A DNA stretch of 64,000 nucleotides from the NCBI GenBank assembly GCA_043228905.1, contig JBHGNT010000014.1, positions 20,832,001 through 20,896,000 of the forward strand, written 5' to 3'. The notes beneath the pieces are model-generated. The model worked only from the letters and a program-made list of their open reading frames with translations. It did no database searches and was not told the DNA's origin. Shown in pieces: positions 1-14,799 of the stretch (position 1 is the first letter of the stretch; every line of letters starts with the position of its first letter). Origin of the DNA: Azolla caroliniana (lineage: Eukaryota > Plantae > Polypodiophyta). A program made the translations under genes and the position numbers.

Positions 1-1
1 G

Positions 2-349
2 AATATCTGAAGGTACTCCATCACTGCTTGCTGCTGAGTAAGCCTTAAAAGCAGGAGGAAGAGGCTGTAGGTGGGAATTCTTCGATGCCGAGGAGAAGCT
101 GTTTGCATCAGGAAGAGTATGGAGAGGATTAAACCCTAGGCCTCCAGGTAAACGTAGTGGTGGGGAAGCTCGTCTGAAAGGCGAAGATTGAGGTCGACCA
201 AAAGACGGAGAAGAAGCAGCGACACAAGGACGAGAAGAAGAAGAAAAAGGAAGAGAAGGAGAAGATCGATACAAAGAGCGAAGGCGGAACTGAGGAGGAA
301 GAGAAGAGATGGAGGAGCTGCAATCCATGGGCGTGGTCGCCGTCACCAT
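2..349 (-). CDS. 5' end of a host gene with a plastid-transit-peptide-like N-terminus; runs off the left edge
   Basis: ATG at 349, no stop to the window edge. MVTATTPMDCSSSISSLPPQFRLRSLYRSSPSLPFSSSSRPCVAASS... is Ser/Pro/Arg-rich and poor in acidic residues. Missing from the ORF track because there is no stop in the window. Confidence 0.65.
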   Translation of the reverse strand, partial: MVTATTPMDCSSSISSLPPQFRLRSLYRSSPSLPFSSSSRPCVAASSPSFGRPQSSPFRRASPPLRLPGGLGFNPLHTLPDANSFSSASKNSHLQPLPPAFKAYSAASSDGVPSDI

Positions 350-483
350 GGCCTTCGAGCTTCCTTCCTTCCTTCCTACCGTCTGTCTGTCTGTCTGTCT
401 GCCTCGCTCACTTCACTTCACTGATCTTGGAATGGCGGCGGCGGCGGCTGTGTAGTGGCTGTAGGTAGGAAGGAATGCAGTCA

Positions 484-488
<5 letters not shown>

Positions 489-538
<50 letters not shown>

Positions 539-702
539 CACAGACACACAATTCATTCATTTTACATGTAAATTGTGAATGTAAGGTAATGCAATGCATG
601 TATGATGTACCCTTCTCCTGCTCCTCCATGTATAATATCATGTATGTATGTATGTATGTATGTATGTATGTATGTATGTATGTATGTATGTATGTATGTA
701 TG
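489..702. repeat. (CT)n and (TATG)n microsatellites
   Basis: Perfect (ct)n at ~489-533 and (tatg)n at ~640-702. Confidence 0.95.
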
Positions 703-1899
703 TATTATTTTTTTCATTGGTGATGATGCGATTTCATGTGAAACTGTCTGTCTGTGTGTGTTCTTTGGGTCCTTCCAATTGCCATCGAAAAGGAATATCC
801 TTCATTTTAACATCTTTTTCGCACACCAAAAGCCAAAGGGATATATATGTACATACATCCACATGCACGCATGGAGAGTCTTTTGTGTTTGTGTTTTCTC
901 AGATCCCAGTGTCCCACCACACATGCATGTGGCATTTCCAACTGAGGGACCCGACCAATAACATCATGCATGCAACCCCAACCCGTTGCATTTTGTAGTG
1001 CGATTGAGTACTAAAGTAGTCTATCGGTGAGTGAGATATAAACATCAAGACATGGGAGTTTGGCTAACCACCCATGATGCATGTAGAACCCCAATTTGAA
1101 AGGAGAAAAAGGGAGTGACACTCAATTCTCGGGAATTTTTATTAAAGAGTAAATGCACTTGAGAGTCCGCATTTTTGGGCACTTTGCACTGTGTGTGTGC
1201 GTGTGTGTGAACTTATGATAAAATTCTTGATTCATGTAATTTATGTCTCACTAGGTTTCTATGGAAGTTAGATTGCTCATGCTCGTGACTTATATCGTCC
1301 TTGATGGATGGGTTGTAGAAGATTTTTACTGAAGTAATAGAGAATTGACTTCAAAAAGGGCTACCTTGTATTACCCACCCCATGCCTTACGGATTTATTG
1401 TTGGCAATGAGATATTCTTTGTAATATTCTGAATGTGCCAGTGGTCATGATTTATTTTTAGGAAGAGAAACAAAAATTGTGCTAATGCAACTACATATTT
1501 GAAAATCATATGATAATGTACGTTGATTGTTTATTGCCTAGCTTTATGTCTCATGATGGTTTTGTGCAAGGACATGAAGCCTTGTTTTCACCTTGGGACT
1601 TGATACAATGTCGCATGTTATGGTGAATGGTGAAGTGACAAGTTGACCCTGGTAACAAAATCAACATGGCAAAGCTTCTTTGTTTAGGTCATTATTGTTT
1701 GACACTGTTGACAAGGTTGATACCTTTGACCCAACCAATGCATCAAATGTTGTTTGTTGAGGCTATTAGTGTTTAACATTGTTATCACTACATTTTTGCT
1801 ATGTTATTGCTATACACCTTGGCACAATATACGGAAAGTGGTAAGAGTTGCTTTCTAATAAGAAACTATTTATAGCTCATGAATGAACATATGATTTTC

Positions 1900-3700
1900 C
1901 ATCTCTCATGATAGTTGTACTCAACGATTTAATAAAACCATGGAAGTGTGCATCGTATTTGCCTTGGCCTTGATATTACACATAAATACACTTGTGCTTA
2001 TGTGATACATAAAAAATCGCCTAATTGATCTTGGATGCATGGCTAAATATTGGAGCAAGGTCATGTTTGTCGCCACTTGGGTTTCCCTATTGATTGTACT
2101 TGTATGTTTATGTCTCGTCGTCTCGAGTTTGATGTGGATCTCAAGTAAATTCCCAAACACATTTGAGAGTTTGAAATCTCAGGTCTAGTCTTTGCAAAGG
2201 CTCATGGTTTAAAGTATACAATATGGGAAAAATACTCAAAACTAGACATGGTTGGGTTTCTTAGAACCATATATGCATCATATTGAATTCAACGCATCAT
2301 ATGGTAGAAGATTCAACCTCTTATAAGGTACATGTGAAAGATCTCCACATTAGATGGAGAAAATGTGTTATATTCAAGAAAAGGTCGGTATCCACCATGG
2401 TAAAACGAGCATTAAAGACCCATGGTGGCAAACCTCAAATTATTATTCTAGTTGAACACACTGAGCTCTCGTACCATGAAGTTTGAGATTTTTCAATTGA
2501 CGTTTGTCATCACATAGTCAATATACAAATTCCCTATTAGTAGAAGTGCTTGCAACTATTGGGATATTTGCATTGGATGGCCCAAAACAAATGTGGAACA
2601 TGAATCAAATCATATGGTGAAACTTGTCTTTTAAGTTGGAAGATGGCATTGGTTTAGAAATAAGAAAACAAGTTTGTAAAATAAAGATTATAAATTATGT
2701 AATTAATATATTGATTGTTGCTAATCAAGGATGTTGCTTTCTTAACATTTACAAGGATGACGGGAGGTTGAAAAAACACTTACAAAAGCAGATGAGTTGG
2801 GCGAGTCATTCACCAATGTCTACTCAGATTGTTATTGTTGAGAATTAGACATCGCATACGAAGACAATGTTGACAACTCTATAAAGGGTGCCACAACAAT
2901 TGATATGATAAAAAATATCAATAATGTACAGAAGATATATTCCATAATTTTTTCTTAAAATGACATGATTTGCATTGGTTGCATCATATGCTCCACATTG
3001 GTATTGCGATTCAAAGGATTTTCTCCTTTAGTGAAAGTCTTTAAATTGGTGGACAACCGTTGATCTAAATGTTTATCCTCAATCTTCATATGTTTTCACA
3101 CATTCGTTTCAAGAGTTTGTACCCAATCAATAATCCTTGTCTTAGTACAATTAATCATCGTACAAGAGATAGTTGAGTTGTATAGGCAAATTATGCACAA
3201 GGATATATGTATAGTGTATACATTATTATAACACCAATTGAAAATGGGAACATAGCACCCTATTCTAGAGTTTGTGTACAAATAGTGGGAAGCATGTTGT
3301 TACTGGGTTTTAGCCCTTTCATGTAATTGTATGGTTTCAAACCATATCCTACAATTGGATTTACTAACGACCACCAACATATGTCAGATATTTCAAGGTT
3401 CATGAGAAGTCTAAGATTCTTAAGATTGGAAAAGTATCGACCTGTCACCACATTATTGAGGGTTGTTTCAAAATGTAAGCACATTTTACTTATAAGTTGG
3501 TTCTAACTCATATTTTAAGGTTCATTTATTTCAAAAAGAGTATTCAAAGGAATTTGATAGAAGTTTTAGCATTAGTTATGGTTCACAATTTAAAGTTTTT
3601 GATTTACAATGGTTCAAATCATAGAATTCCTAGTTTAGCATTGATGAGGTAAAAACAATTTGGGGAGATACTATTGCACTTTGCATTAGATCCCCAATAA
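1900..3700 (+). mobile_element. Highly degenerate Ty3/gypsy-like pol remnant
   Basis: AT-rich with no long ORF. Fragments resemble RT (KTAFRTHEG-like '..ALKTHGG' at ~2400-2430) and integrase ('GFSPFM*LYGFKP' at ~3305-3345). Boundaries approximate. Confidence 0.35.
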
Positions 3701-4426
3701 CTATTTTTGAGGATGAAAACGCTTCTCAAGTGGTGAATGTGCAGTGATTAAAATAGTTCCAACATGACAATTCTACATTGTTAAAAACATTAAGTACATC
3801 AGATTCAAACTAGGTTTATTAAAACAATATATTGGAACATTTGATGAAGCAAAAAGAGGAAAAAGAGAGGACCAATTATAGACAGCATTGTTGAGGTGCA
3901 TCTTTCATGGTATAATTGAGGAATTTGGAACCAACCATTTATACTTTAACAATATCCAAAAGAAAATGTACAAAAATATATTGGGACGGTAACTGAACAA
4001 TTAATTGATAAGTTGGATTTATGCTTATCTCCTCTTCTTCCTTGAATGGGGGATATAACTTTCCTTTACAGCAAATGTTGGATACAATTTTCATGGACAT
4101 ATGACTTGATTCCGTTCATGGTGCAACAAGCCTAATTTCCCATTTGCATAGTTCCACGTTTAACATAAGGACTGTATTTTATGCGTGGGAATCCGCATGT
4201 ATTGACTATGCAAAGAAAACATGCATAAAGCCAAGACCATGGAAAAGCCCATTAAGGCTTCATCAGGTTATACAACATATTTCAGGTTCTTCTCTTCTCT
4301 TGCAAAGTAAAAACTTTGTATAATCAAATAATAAAGCTGAAAGAAACCATGTCCACAAAAACTAGGATAATTAAATTCCATATTAAATCTGAAAAACCAG
4401 TCCATTGTGTCAGAAATAATTTCCAA

Positions 4427-7400
4427 TCACTGTTTGGAGTTGAGGCCCTTCTCTACTAAGGCTAGAACCTGGCTTGCAAGTATTTCTGAAAAGCGAGCAG
4501 AGTAATTTTGAACAAAACCTTCAATATCGATAGACTCAAGAACAGAGCTCGCTGCTGACATCGATGGTGCAAAATATGGCCTTGATGTTATGGTACCTAT
4601 CATCCATAAATCAAATATATAAGAGCTAACAGAATCATTTGTTTCCTTCTACCATCAACAGATAAAATGATTCAAGCATTCAAAAATAAGCTACATAACA
4701 ATCTAGTAAACTACATAACAGGTAGTAAGCATTGAATAAGAGCATCAAAGAATTACATTTTGGCTATTCAGTTGCATGGCTTTTGCACGTCACTATCTTT
4801 TTCACTAGGCAAAATTTTGGTTCATCTACATCATCCATATCATTCTACACCCAACTTAAATTTGCAAATTCTTCTATATCCAACAACTGTGGTTACCTAG
4901 CTTTTATAACTGGTTCAAACAAGGTGGACATGTTTGTTCACAACTGTAAGGTTGATACACCAAAACTAGATATAGCTAGATATATGGCCAGTTACATAAA
5001 ACAACATAATATAAATTTTATTGCATAACGTACCATACACAAATTAAAACAAACGTGATAGCCTAAAACGATCTGATGCATTACAACATATAACAAGTAT
5101 AATACCGGCAAGTACCTGTATTGCTGATCCTCAATGGGGAATGATCAGAACAAGACATAGGGTCGCTTTCAATGGAAGGTCGATTATCAGGAGCAGATGC
5201 ATCATAGTTTCTTGTTTGACTAGAAGACATAGAGTCTGAAAGCTGCCAAATCTTCTGTAATGTTGGAGATACAAACTCTTCATACAAATTGAAGACTTCT
5301 GCTTTATTTACTGAATCAAGCTCTTGAAATGTTGCGAGGGCATTATCAGCAGCTTGTGAAAGATCTTGAAGAACTTTCTTAAATAAATCTGAGGGTTTCC
5401 TAATATTTGGGAAACTCGTTTCTATTGCGACATCACACAGGAAATCAGACTCTGTACGGATGTCACACTGGCTTTGTCCATCCACATATATCTCCTGCTT
5501 TGTATCTACAATCATGAAAAAGATACATATTACATGCTAAAACAGTGTGAAAACATTATTTTGCACATAATATATGATACTTTAACCTTGACAAATTAAT
5601 ACTTATATAGATTACAAAGGCTTACCCACTAGATGCTTTAAATTAAACATGTGCTTTAGACCTGAAAAATTAATGGTAAGATTGTGCTTTGCTACCAAAG
5701 GCTGTGAGTTAATGTGGCCTTTGCAACCTGAAGGTTTTCTTAGCATGAGATCATGCACATTAACAATTTGCGTCTAATATAAGGCTTTACAAAACATTCC
5801 TCATAACCCAAGGGTTGAAAATAATAGCATTTAGGCAAGACAAACAAACAAGAACCTCACCAATAAAACACTCACTTTTCTGCACTAGACCTTCTGAAGC
5901 TGAGCAAAATGCTGGACTATCTGCCAGTGGTTCACAACTTTGTGATACTTGATTGAGAAAGCTGTGCGCAAGACCTGTGCTCACTAATATTGATTGAGAA
6001 ACCTGAAAGTCGCTTTCAATGATAGTTGGGGCATCACACCTATCATTGGAGGTAATATCTTTGGCGGTTTCAGATCCTGGAACAGGAGATGAGATAACTC
6101 CATGTGTGGCCAAAAGCAATCCTTGCTTATGCTCCCCTGTTTGTTGCAGTTCTATTTCATCTTTCCCATCTTTGAAAACTTCTTCATCAGCAGAATCAGC
6201 ATTTGATGTGTCCAAATGCGGTTGTTTTTCCTCATGAATTTGATGCAATTCCAATTTGTCTTTGACATCTATGGAAATCTTTTCTGCGACGAGATTGAAA
6301 TGTGTTGTATCGATCATCGGTTGAAGATAAGGCTGCTATAAAAACAGACCTGTGTTTAGATAAAATTAACAAAGCTATTAACTAGAACATTATTTACAAT
6401 GTGAAAATACTATAGAATGTCGAAACCTTTTATGTTTCAGCTGCATCAAGAAAAGATATAGTCAGTACAAATAATACCCACCCGCTGTGGTTCCTGGTCC
6501 TCCACTGTTACAACTTCAGAAGTGGCTCTCACTTCAGTCATTTGTTTGGTATCCACTTCAGGCGACTCTTGGAAAAGTGATAATACTGGCAAGGTATGAT
6601 TTGACTGTGAAAAGAATCGAGCCGAAAAGCTACTTCTCGCAGAGACATGTCCAGCCTGAAAGGTGAAATTTGTAAATTCAAGAAATATTAGCAACATGAT
6701 AACCTGATCAAATCATTTTTACAATGCCCATTCAAAACTATATGATATACCTCACAAACATCAATACTTCAATACTGAAGCACACCTCAAACATTCATCA
6801 ACCATAACATAATCAAAATGTAAAATGCACATATATTAGTAAATAAAATGGTGGAAGTTCAGCGAATATAGAACCATTACACAGTGAAGGGCATGCATGT
6901 TTCACCTTCCAATAACTCAGAAAGCATAACACAAAATAATCTTTCACCTCTCACTCCAGATGCAAAATATGGTAAGATAACATGATTCCCCAGCTATGAT
7001 ATGTTCATCCTAGTTTAGAGGCCTCATTCTCTAGAATTAATCATCATCCTAGTAAGAAACTTGAAGCATTCATCCAAAACTATATCTGCTTATCCTAGTT
7101 AAGAAACCTAATTCTCAAATCTTATTTGTTCATCCACGTAAGAAACTTGTAGCATCCATCCAATTCTGTGGGTAAGGATATTTTCAAGTTGGGAAGAAAA
7201 CCCTAAATTGATGTGAGTTAGCCAATGTGAAAGGAATAAAAGTGTACACAAATAAATAAATCAAAATGGGAAATGATAGCCTGGCAGCAAATTGCACAAA
7301 AATATATATATTTATCACTGTCCTTTTTTAAATCAATCATAAGAATGGAACAATACTGAAGCTACGGTTTGCTTAGGACTGGAAGAATAATTGCATCAAA

Positions 7401-10400
7401 TCAAAACATGGAAGTTCAAATCAAAACTACATTATTACCTTTACTACAGTAGACAAATTGCTAAAATGAGCATCAAACATGCCACCATCTGAGCTGAAAT
7501 GCTGTTCGCTCTCATCATCACTCATCTCCTCATTAGATGATTGCACATACTGCTCTCCATGAAAATCACCGTTAAAGTTGTCATTTTCCAAGTTTCCTAT
7601 AAGCCTTTCCACTCTATTTCCACGGTCATCTTGAGATGTAGATCTGAAATACATAGACATTGATCTATCACTCCTGCTATTTACCATGCAAGCAAGAGGA
7701 ACTGGGGTTTGACATAGCAACTGTGCAGGTCCTTTGAAAAGGCCTCGTGTTTTTGGGGATAACGCAACAACCTCTTGCTCATTTTCTGACCGATAAACAA
7801 CTGTGCAGTCTTCTTTGCAGCAAAGGGTTTCTTGTCCTACCCTCACGTGATTCAGATGACAATTATCATTGTCATTTCTATGTTGACCATACAGATGGCC
7901 ACAGGGCTCATCAACAGATCCAACTTCATCATAGAACAAAGTGTGCACAGTATTCCAATGATCTTCCTTCCTATGAAAATCAAAAGATATCAATTAAATC
8001 AATTAAATCAAAACCACATGTAGGGAATTCAAATTTGGTTCCCTCCTTTCCTATAAACATTAAAAGGAATGAAACCACATAGATATTGCACATGACTGGC
8101 TTTTTAATGCTATACCTTCTCAACACCTGTGGAGTGGAAGTTGAAGGTTCACTAAAATCTGACCTACTAGAGCTCTCTGGTGTGTCATGAATAGATGTAC
8201 ATGAACCGCCAGGCTCAATTGTGAATCTGCGACGAAGCCCGAGCTTATTAGGCAGAATAGTTGCAGGAGGTGTAAGCATTTGAGGTTCGCAAAATAACTT
8301 ATAACCTTCTGGACCCAGCCTCTGAAACATGTTTATAAACCAAACCAAACAGATCAAGTTAGCATTGAAATACTGTTTAAAAATCAGCCCTAATATAACT
8401 CCCATACAGATATAGTGAATCTACAATGTACAGTTAATGCGATAGAAAGATGACAATGTATAGTAGTTACCTCTACCCATCTGGACTCGGAGGAATGTAT
8501 AGACTCGTCCTCTAGGACATCCATTCCTTCATCAGTGATAATCTCAGATACTTTTGTTTGTGCCCAATGGGGCAACCTAGACACACTAAATTTGAATGCA
8601 GATGGAATGTTACACATTGCATCTGTTGAACCTTGTCCATTTCTTGCCATGTGCATGTGTGTATTCTCTGCACAGACACGCTTTCCCTCAACGATATTTG
8701 GTGTCCACTCTTGTTTTTCACTTTGTTCAGATGATTGAATCGGCACATGCAACAGTAACGACTCAGAGCCCAATATGCATCTCTTCCGCATCATCCTAGA
8801 AAGAGAATTGGGAAGTTTCCAAATAAATATACAGCTGTCACCACTGACCTGGGCACCAACAGAAGGCCAATCTTTTATCATAAGAAAGAATATTTCATCA
8901 TTATTCTTTATCTCCAGCTAACTTTTACATACCGAGACTAATCTCTTACAGTCATGCATGAATACTACTCCTGTGATGACTTCGGCATGACCTTGCCCTG
9001 ATGAAATCAAATCTCCACTTGAGATATCATAAATCCGCAATGCTTTATCCGAATGCGAGCAAACTAAGCATGTGCCAGTTGGATCTACTCGAACCTATGA
9101 TTCCAAATATCAGAGATGTTTCAACATTATTATCTATGTCAAGATATATATATATATATATCCACAATTTACATCAGGGAAACCAAGTTCATGGAATTTG
9201 AAGTAACGCCTAGTTGCTAGAAAAAACAATTACCACTAATAGATCAAGCAGTTATACCAGAGAGTTCTTACCTTGATAGGCTCACCAGATTCACCATCTG
9301 GCTTAATGCTTTTCATAGATTTACCAGTTTCTAAACTCAAGAAATTGATCTTTTTGTCCTGAATAGAGTAGCCAATCATCAGCAGAAGAGTAAGACTTGG
9401 CTGACAGTCAATTGAAAGCTATGAAATTTCCAAACATACTTGGCTGACAGTCACTGCCAACTTTCTAGATGGATCAACATCCATATCATAGACAGTACCA
9501 CGTGAAGCCATTTCCTGGTGATAGCGTGTGCTTTTAAAGCCAAGAGGACATACTTCAATGCTACAAAATACAACTGATCTGCAACACAAATTGAACGGGG
9601 GATTAAGGAGATTCTAACATTTGCAATTGAAATCTGGAGAAAACTCTCTCTAAAGATGCCAATATTAACAATTCTTGTTTCTTTCATTTTGCAATACATT
9701 ATTAAAGCTAGAGATGACTCCCCTTTGTACTCATGCAGCTGAAAAAACTGCCTTACTTGTCTGCACTAGCGCTTAGCAGCTTTGAACCATTGCAAGCAAA
9801 TCTAGCTGCTGTAACAGAGGCTGAATGATCATCCCTTGTCTCAATAAGCTCAAAATTCCTGTCATTGTAGGTTAAGTCAAATGAATAAATTAAACATCAT
9901 CCACATTTATGTGATTCTATGAAAATATAATGTCTATAATTGAACCGGGAAAAATGCCCCAATGTTTTCTTTATATCACCAAATGTCCCAACTACTTTTC
10001 GGCACAACCCCCAAAAGGAGAAAGGAAGGGGATGACTTGATCCAGTAGCAATTGAGAAAAAGGGGATGAGCTGACCATATAAATTTCTCTTTCATGGTTG
10101 ACTGAGTGCTTTTGGAGACAAAGAAAATTTTGGGGGAATTTCAGAATTTTTTCACTATTAAATATCAAACCAAAGTAGATCACAACCTTCTTGCATCATA
10201 TATGTGTACAAGCCGATCTCTACCACCAGACGCAAGCAACAACACATTCATATTTCGATTATCCCCAGTCACCACATCAACAGTACCAAAGCTCAATGTC
10301 AGAATCTCTGCATCATGTGCTTCCTGCAAAGGATTCCCAAAGGTTCCGGCACAGTTTCACCAACCACCTGACAAATTAGCCGTCAAAAGCAATAACATCT

Positions 10401-13400
10401 ACTTATAGTAAAAATTGTAACATGCAGACTCATCCTTTGCTTGGTGAGCAAAGAAGACTCACCTTGCAACTTATAATCTGAAGGGAATGTAAATCATAAA
10501 TATAAAGATTTCCACTGCGGTCACCAGCTGCCAAGTAATGCCCATCAGCACTAGTTGACATTGAACGAAAGCCTTTACAAGAGTCGGTAGATTCAGCATT
10601 ATCAGGGAATCTGGCCTTCACTCCTGATTGGGTTTGCTTTTCTATAAAACAGTTAAAAGCCATAAGCATTCTATTGGGGAACTTAGAATTCAAAAAATAT
10701 GGCACATTCACAAAACAAAAGAAGCTTTAGAGAAACTGGAAGTTGCTTACTCTTACTATGATGAAACCATATATGACATATGCAACTACTATACTCAATC
10801 TGAAAATTATAAGTCTCGCAGTAGCAACATGCATAAAACCTAGACGTATAAGACAAAAGGCCTACTTATTACTTGTGTTAAACCAAGGATAACAGTATAT
10901 TGATCATAGCAAGGGTCATACTGGTTAAACTTGATATCCATTACCAGCATAATAGAGTGCATGACAGTCTATACATGTTCATCAAATGCCACATATGAAT
11001 CACATTTTATGTTACGTGACATTTCCTTTATATAGAAGCTGTGTTTTACAAATAGTAGAAAAAGTAAGAATTGTTAATAATTACAGTCCACATAATACAA
11101 CACATGATATTTGATACATGTTTATCAAATGTCACATCAATTGCATTTTATATTACATGGTGTTCCCTTGACACAGCATCTGAATTCTACAAATAACTAA
11201 AGAACGTAGAATTGTTAATAGTTACAGACTACCTTGATAAAGAACTCCACATAAATTTCGATCGTACACATTGCATGGGCTTTCATCTTTGGTGTTAATC
11301 TTGGGTTCTTCATCCAACTGAGAATGAATAGACCACAACTTTATGCTTCCATCAGACGAACATGTTGCAAAAGTTCCCATCAAGTAATTTTCTCCTTTAG
11401 TGCTAACAGAATCACATGTTGACACAGAAATTCTATCTATGTCACTTGAGACATTAACTACATCCCAGATGCACCCACTATGAGGCAGAACCGAATGAAT
11501 CTTTAAAACCTGCTGTGGAAAATAAACGACGCTAAGTATACACCAGTCAATATGGTGGAAAAAATAAGGGCATGCAACTTTTCATAGTACAGCAGGCATC
11601 ATTATACTTGCCTTAGAAAAGTCTTGAATGTCCCAAAGAAAAAAACTATGGTCCATATAAAGCACAGCTGCAATCATGCATACAACAATTACTTTCTATA
11701 TAAAAAAAACATGTGAACAACAATCAGATGACTAGAAACATTTAGAACTACCTAGAATAGCTGGGGTTGCAAAACGACATGCTATGGCATCAGGATAAGT
11801 AATTCCATTCACATTATTCATTGCAAAGTATAAGGCAGTATTTGCATCAGTCAAATCATGGAATCCTAACGGGGCAGGACGGGGTAAGGTTGTTCCATAT
11901 GCAAGAGATTCTGTCATGAAGATGCGTACAGTCCCATCACTGCAAGCACAAGCAATGTGCAATTGCGAAATGCACAAAGAATGTGCATGACGAACCTGGG
12001 AGTACAGATAAGTTTCAATCAGTTTAGTACCAAGTGTATAAATGCTCAACTGTGACATAGATATTCTCTCATATATACCTTCAGATTTACCCATTTCTTT
12101 ACAGCAAGACCTCGGTGCAACATGCACAGAATACCTGCATAGTCATACTATGTTAAAATGCTGATTGAGCTCTTGAACTCTTCTATAACTGGATGTCCAA
12201 AGCATGCATACCTGCACTAGTTACAGCATAGATAGGTTGTATTTCCTTTGTTTCCCCGGTTTCTTTAACATCCTCTAATGAAGCTACAGCAGCAAAGGAA
12301 TTTTCATTCAAGCTCCCTAGGTTAATATTTCTACATTCCAGTGTATGTGTTCCTGTGCCTTGACTAGGCTTAGATCGGACTGAATGAATGGTCCAATTAC
12401 TCAAATGGTTGCTTCCTGCTGTGACAAAGAAACTACCATCTGATGCAAATTGAATCTCTTGTATTGGTGAAGATGCTGTTATTGCTTTCAATTTAGACAC
12501 CAGCATTCCTGTCTTGTAATCAAAGATACAAATCTGTCCATCATGTGGAAACCCAACTGAGAGAAGATGTTTTCCTGCATTTCTCAAAACTATCAAAATT
12601 TTGTCCAAAATGACTACCTCGCATTGCTGAAGGAATAGCAAATACATCTCACAAATTGTAAGCTTTACATTGATCATATAGCCATAATCTTACCATTTGG
12701 TGAGAAACGTACACAAGATATTCCATACTTGTGAGCCTTCAATTCAGCTACACAAGATCCGTCACATGCATCCCATACAACAATTGCTGGTTGATGGCCA
12801 CACTGTCAGCATTTCAGACACAAAAGTTCTAGAACATTAACAAATATACAGCTCATTTTGTTTGAAACATGTGTCTAGCAAACATTTTCTTTGTGAAATG
12901 CGACAATCATCTATTGAAGTGTGCAAAGCATAAAACTTCAACACGAACTAAAAATTATGGGACCATTCACTTGTTGAAGGTAACAACAATCTCTTTACTA
13001 AGACCTGGACGTTCATAAAAAGACTGAAACCCACAGAATAACCCACTTATACTTCTCCACTGCGAGATTGGTTTGTAGTTTTTAACATCATGCAGATTTC
13101 CATAACAATAATACTGCTCGAAAATGCTCGTGCTCTCCTTTTTGAGCGGAAAAAGAAAGCAATAGTTTCTGTTCTGACTCCACTATGAGCAAACTACCAG
13201 ACTTGTATGCTTCTAACAATGCTAGTAAGGTTTCAGTGGGTGTTAAAGTGCATGACACGTAAACCTTGTGGAAAATCACAACCGTTTCTTGAATTAGGGA
13301 AAGCATGAAGCTTCATGTAATGACTGGAAATTATGACCAATGTTCTTTGTTAAAATTTGAGAACCATCTTAGGTTAGGACTAAATATTATGAGATGTTTG

Positions 13401-14745
13401 TTTGTAGAGCACAAAAACAGTTTCTTACACTAGGGAAATTATGAAAGACCAAAATTTAGGATGTTGGAAACAAATACTCATCTCTTCAAATAGAGAAAGT
13501 ATAAAGCTTCATACAAGGACAGAAATAACTGGATTGTTTTCTTTGCCAAACATGAAAATCATATATTCAAGCTACATAACGAATGAAATCAGGATCTTTT
13601 TTGTTATCAATCATGAAACAGTCTCACATCGGAGAAAGCATTAATTTTCCCTTCATAAATAATTTATTACATTATGGGAAATATAAACCTTTACACATAA
13701 ATCAAATATTGTGGAGCTTGTTGCACAAGAATAAACATTCATGCAAGGGGACTGAGAAGAATGGAGTAATTTCATACAGAACCGCTTCTTACATAATGAA
13801 ATCATGTAGGTTGTAATAAGCAGTTTCTTACATTAAGGAAAAGTTGGACCTTCCTTTGAAATTAGTTTCTCCAATTAGAAAAAGTACAAAGCTCGACATC
13901 AGGACTACGCTTGAAAGAAAACTTTCCTTTAGCAAACATAAAAAATCACCTCTTAAATAAGGGAAAGGATAAAGGACTGAATTTGAAGGAGCATTCTCTT
14001 TTGTTGAATACAAAAACATCTCTTAGAGTAGAGAAAGCATAATCTTCATAAAAATACTGCATTTTTGGAGCATTCTCTTTGTCAAGAAGACCGTCTCTTC
14101 AAAACCAGGGGAAGGATAAAGATTCACACAATAAGTGAAAGTTAGGGAGCATTTTCTTTATCAAAATTCAAAATATCTCTTTTCAACTAGGGAAACCATA
14201 ATGCTTTATACAATTGCTGAAAACCTACAGCTTCTTACGTTATGAAAAGTAGAAAGAGATAGTGAAATTTTAAGGAGCATTTCCTTTGAGAGACACAAAA
14301 AGAGCCTCTCTTAAATTAAGGATACGTGAAAACATAGTAAAGATTCACGCAAGATTTGTATAGAAGGACTCACCTCTCCTGCTGCAATGAGCTTGCCTCC
14401 GTGAGGTGAGTATGTTACACATGCGAGAGCTTTGGGAGTTCGGGAGACCATCAAAAACTTCGTCTGCGTCTTCTTCACTGTGTTGAATACCACAACAACA
14501 CATCCTGCCAGGTATGCAATGTCTCCGGTGGCGGGATTGCAGGCTAAGCCATTAGCATTTGAGGAAGTAAGGCCGATCACTTGGTCGAGTTGAAGCTATG
14601 AGTGGAGAAGGAGAGAGAAAACAGAGAAAAAGAATACGTAAATGAAAAGAAAAATGATCCAAGAAGAGAGAGAGAGAGAGAGAGAGACTGTGCATACCTT
14701 CTCCACAGGCTCTGACCTGCGAGATTTCCTTCTCACGAGCCGCAT
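4427..14745 (-). CDS. Multi-exon WD40-repeat protein, MAPKBP1/WDR62-like
   Basis: GT-AG exons traced: 14745-14698 (MRLVRRKSRRSEPVEK), 14595-14374 (LQLDQVIGLTSSNANGLACNP), 12802-12694 (GHQPAIVVWD..KAHKYGISCVRFSPNG), 12574-12212. Further WD40 exons: FATCSSDGSIKLW, LAAGDRSGNLYIYD, GTVYDMDVDP, GDSCIFIWKLP. Low-complexity middle exons. Last exon ends ..FSEILASQVLALVEKGLNSKQ* (stop 4427-4429). Confidence 0.88.
13300..14310. repeat. Degenerate minisatellite in intron 2 of the WD40 gene
   Basis: Recurrent motifs 'agggaaa..cataaa' and 'ggagcatt.tcttt' about every 70-100 bp. Confidence 0.5.
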
Positions 14746-14763
14746 GGCGTGTGCGAAGAGGGG

Positions 14764-14799
<36 letters not shown>

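Noticed and set aside
188-998. Short ORFs with RE/SL/MYVC repeats, and the similar ORF at 63149-63685
   Set aside because: Microsatellite translations or antisense to real exons.
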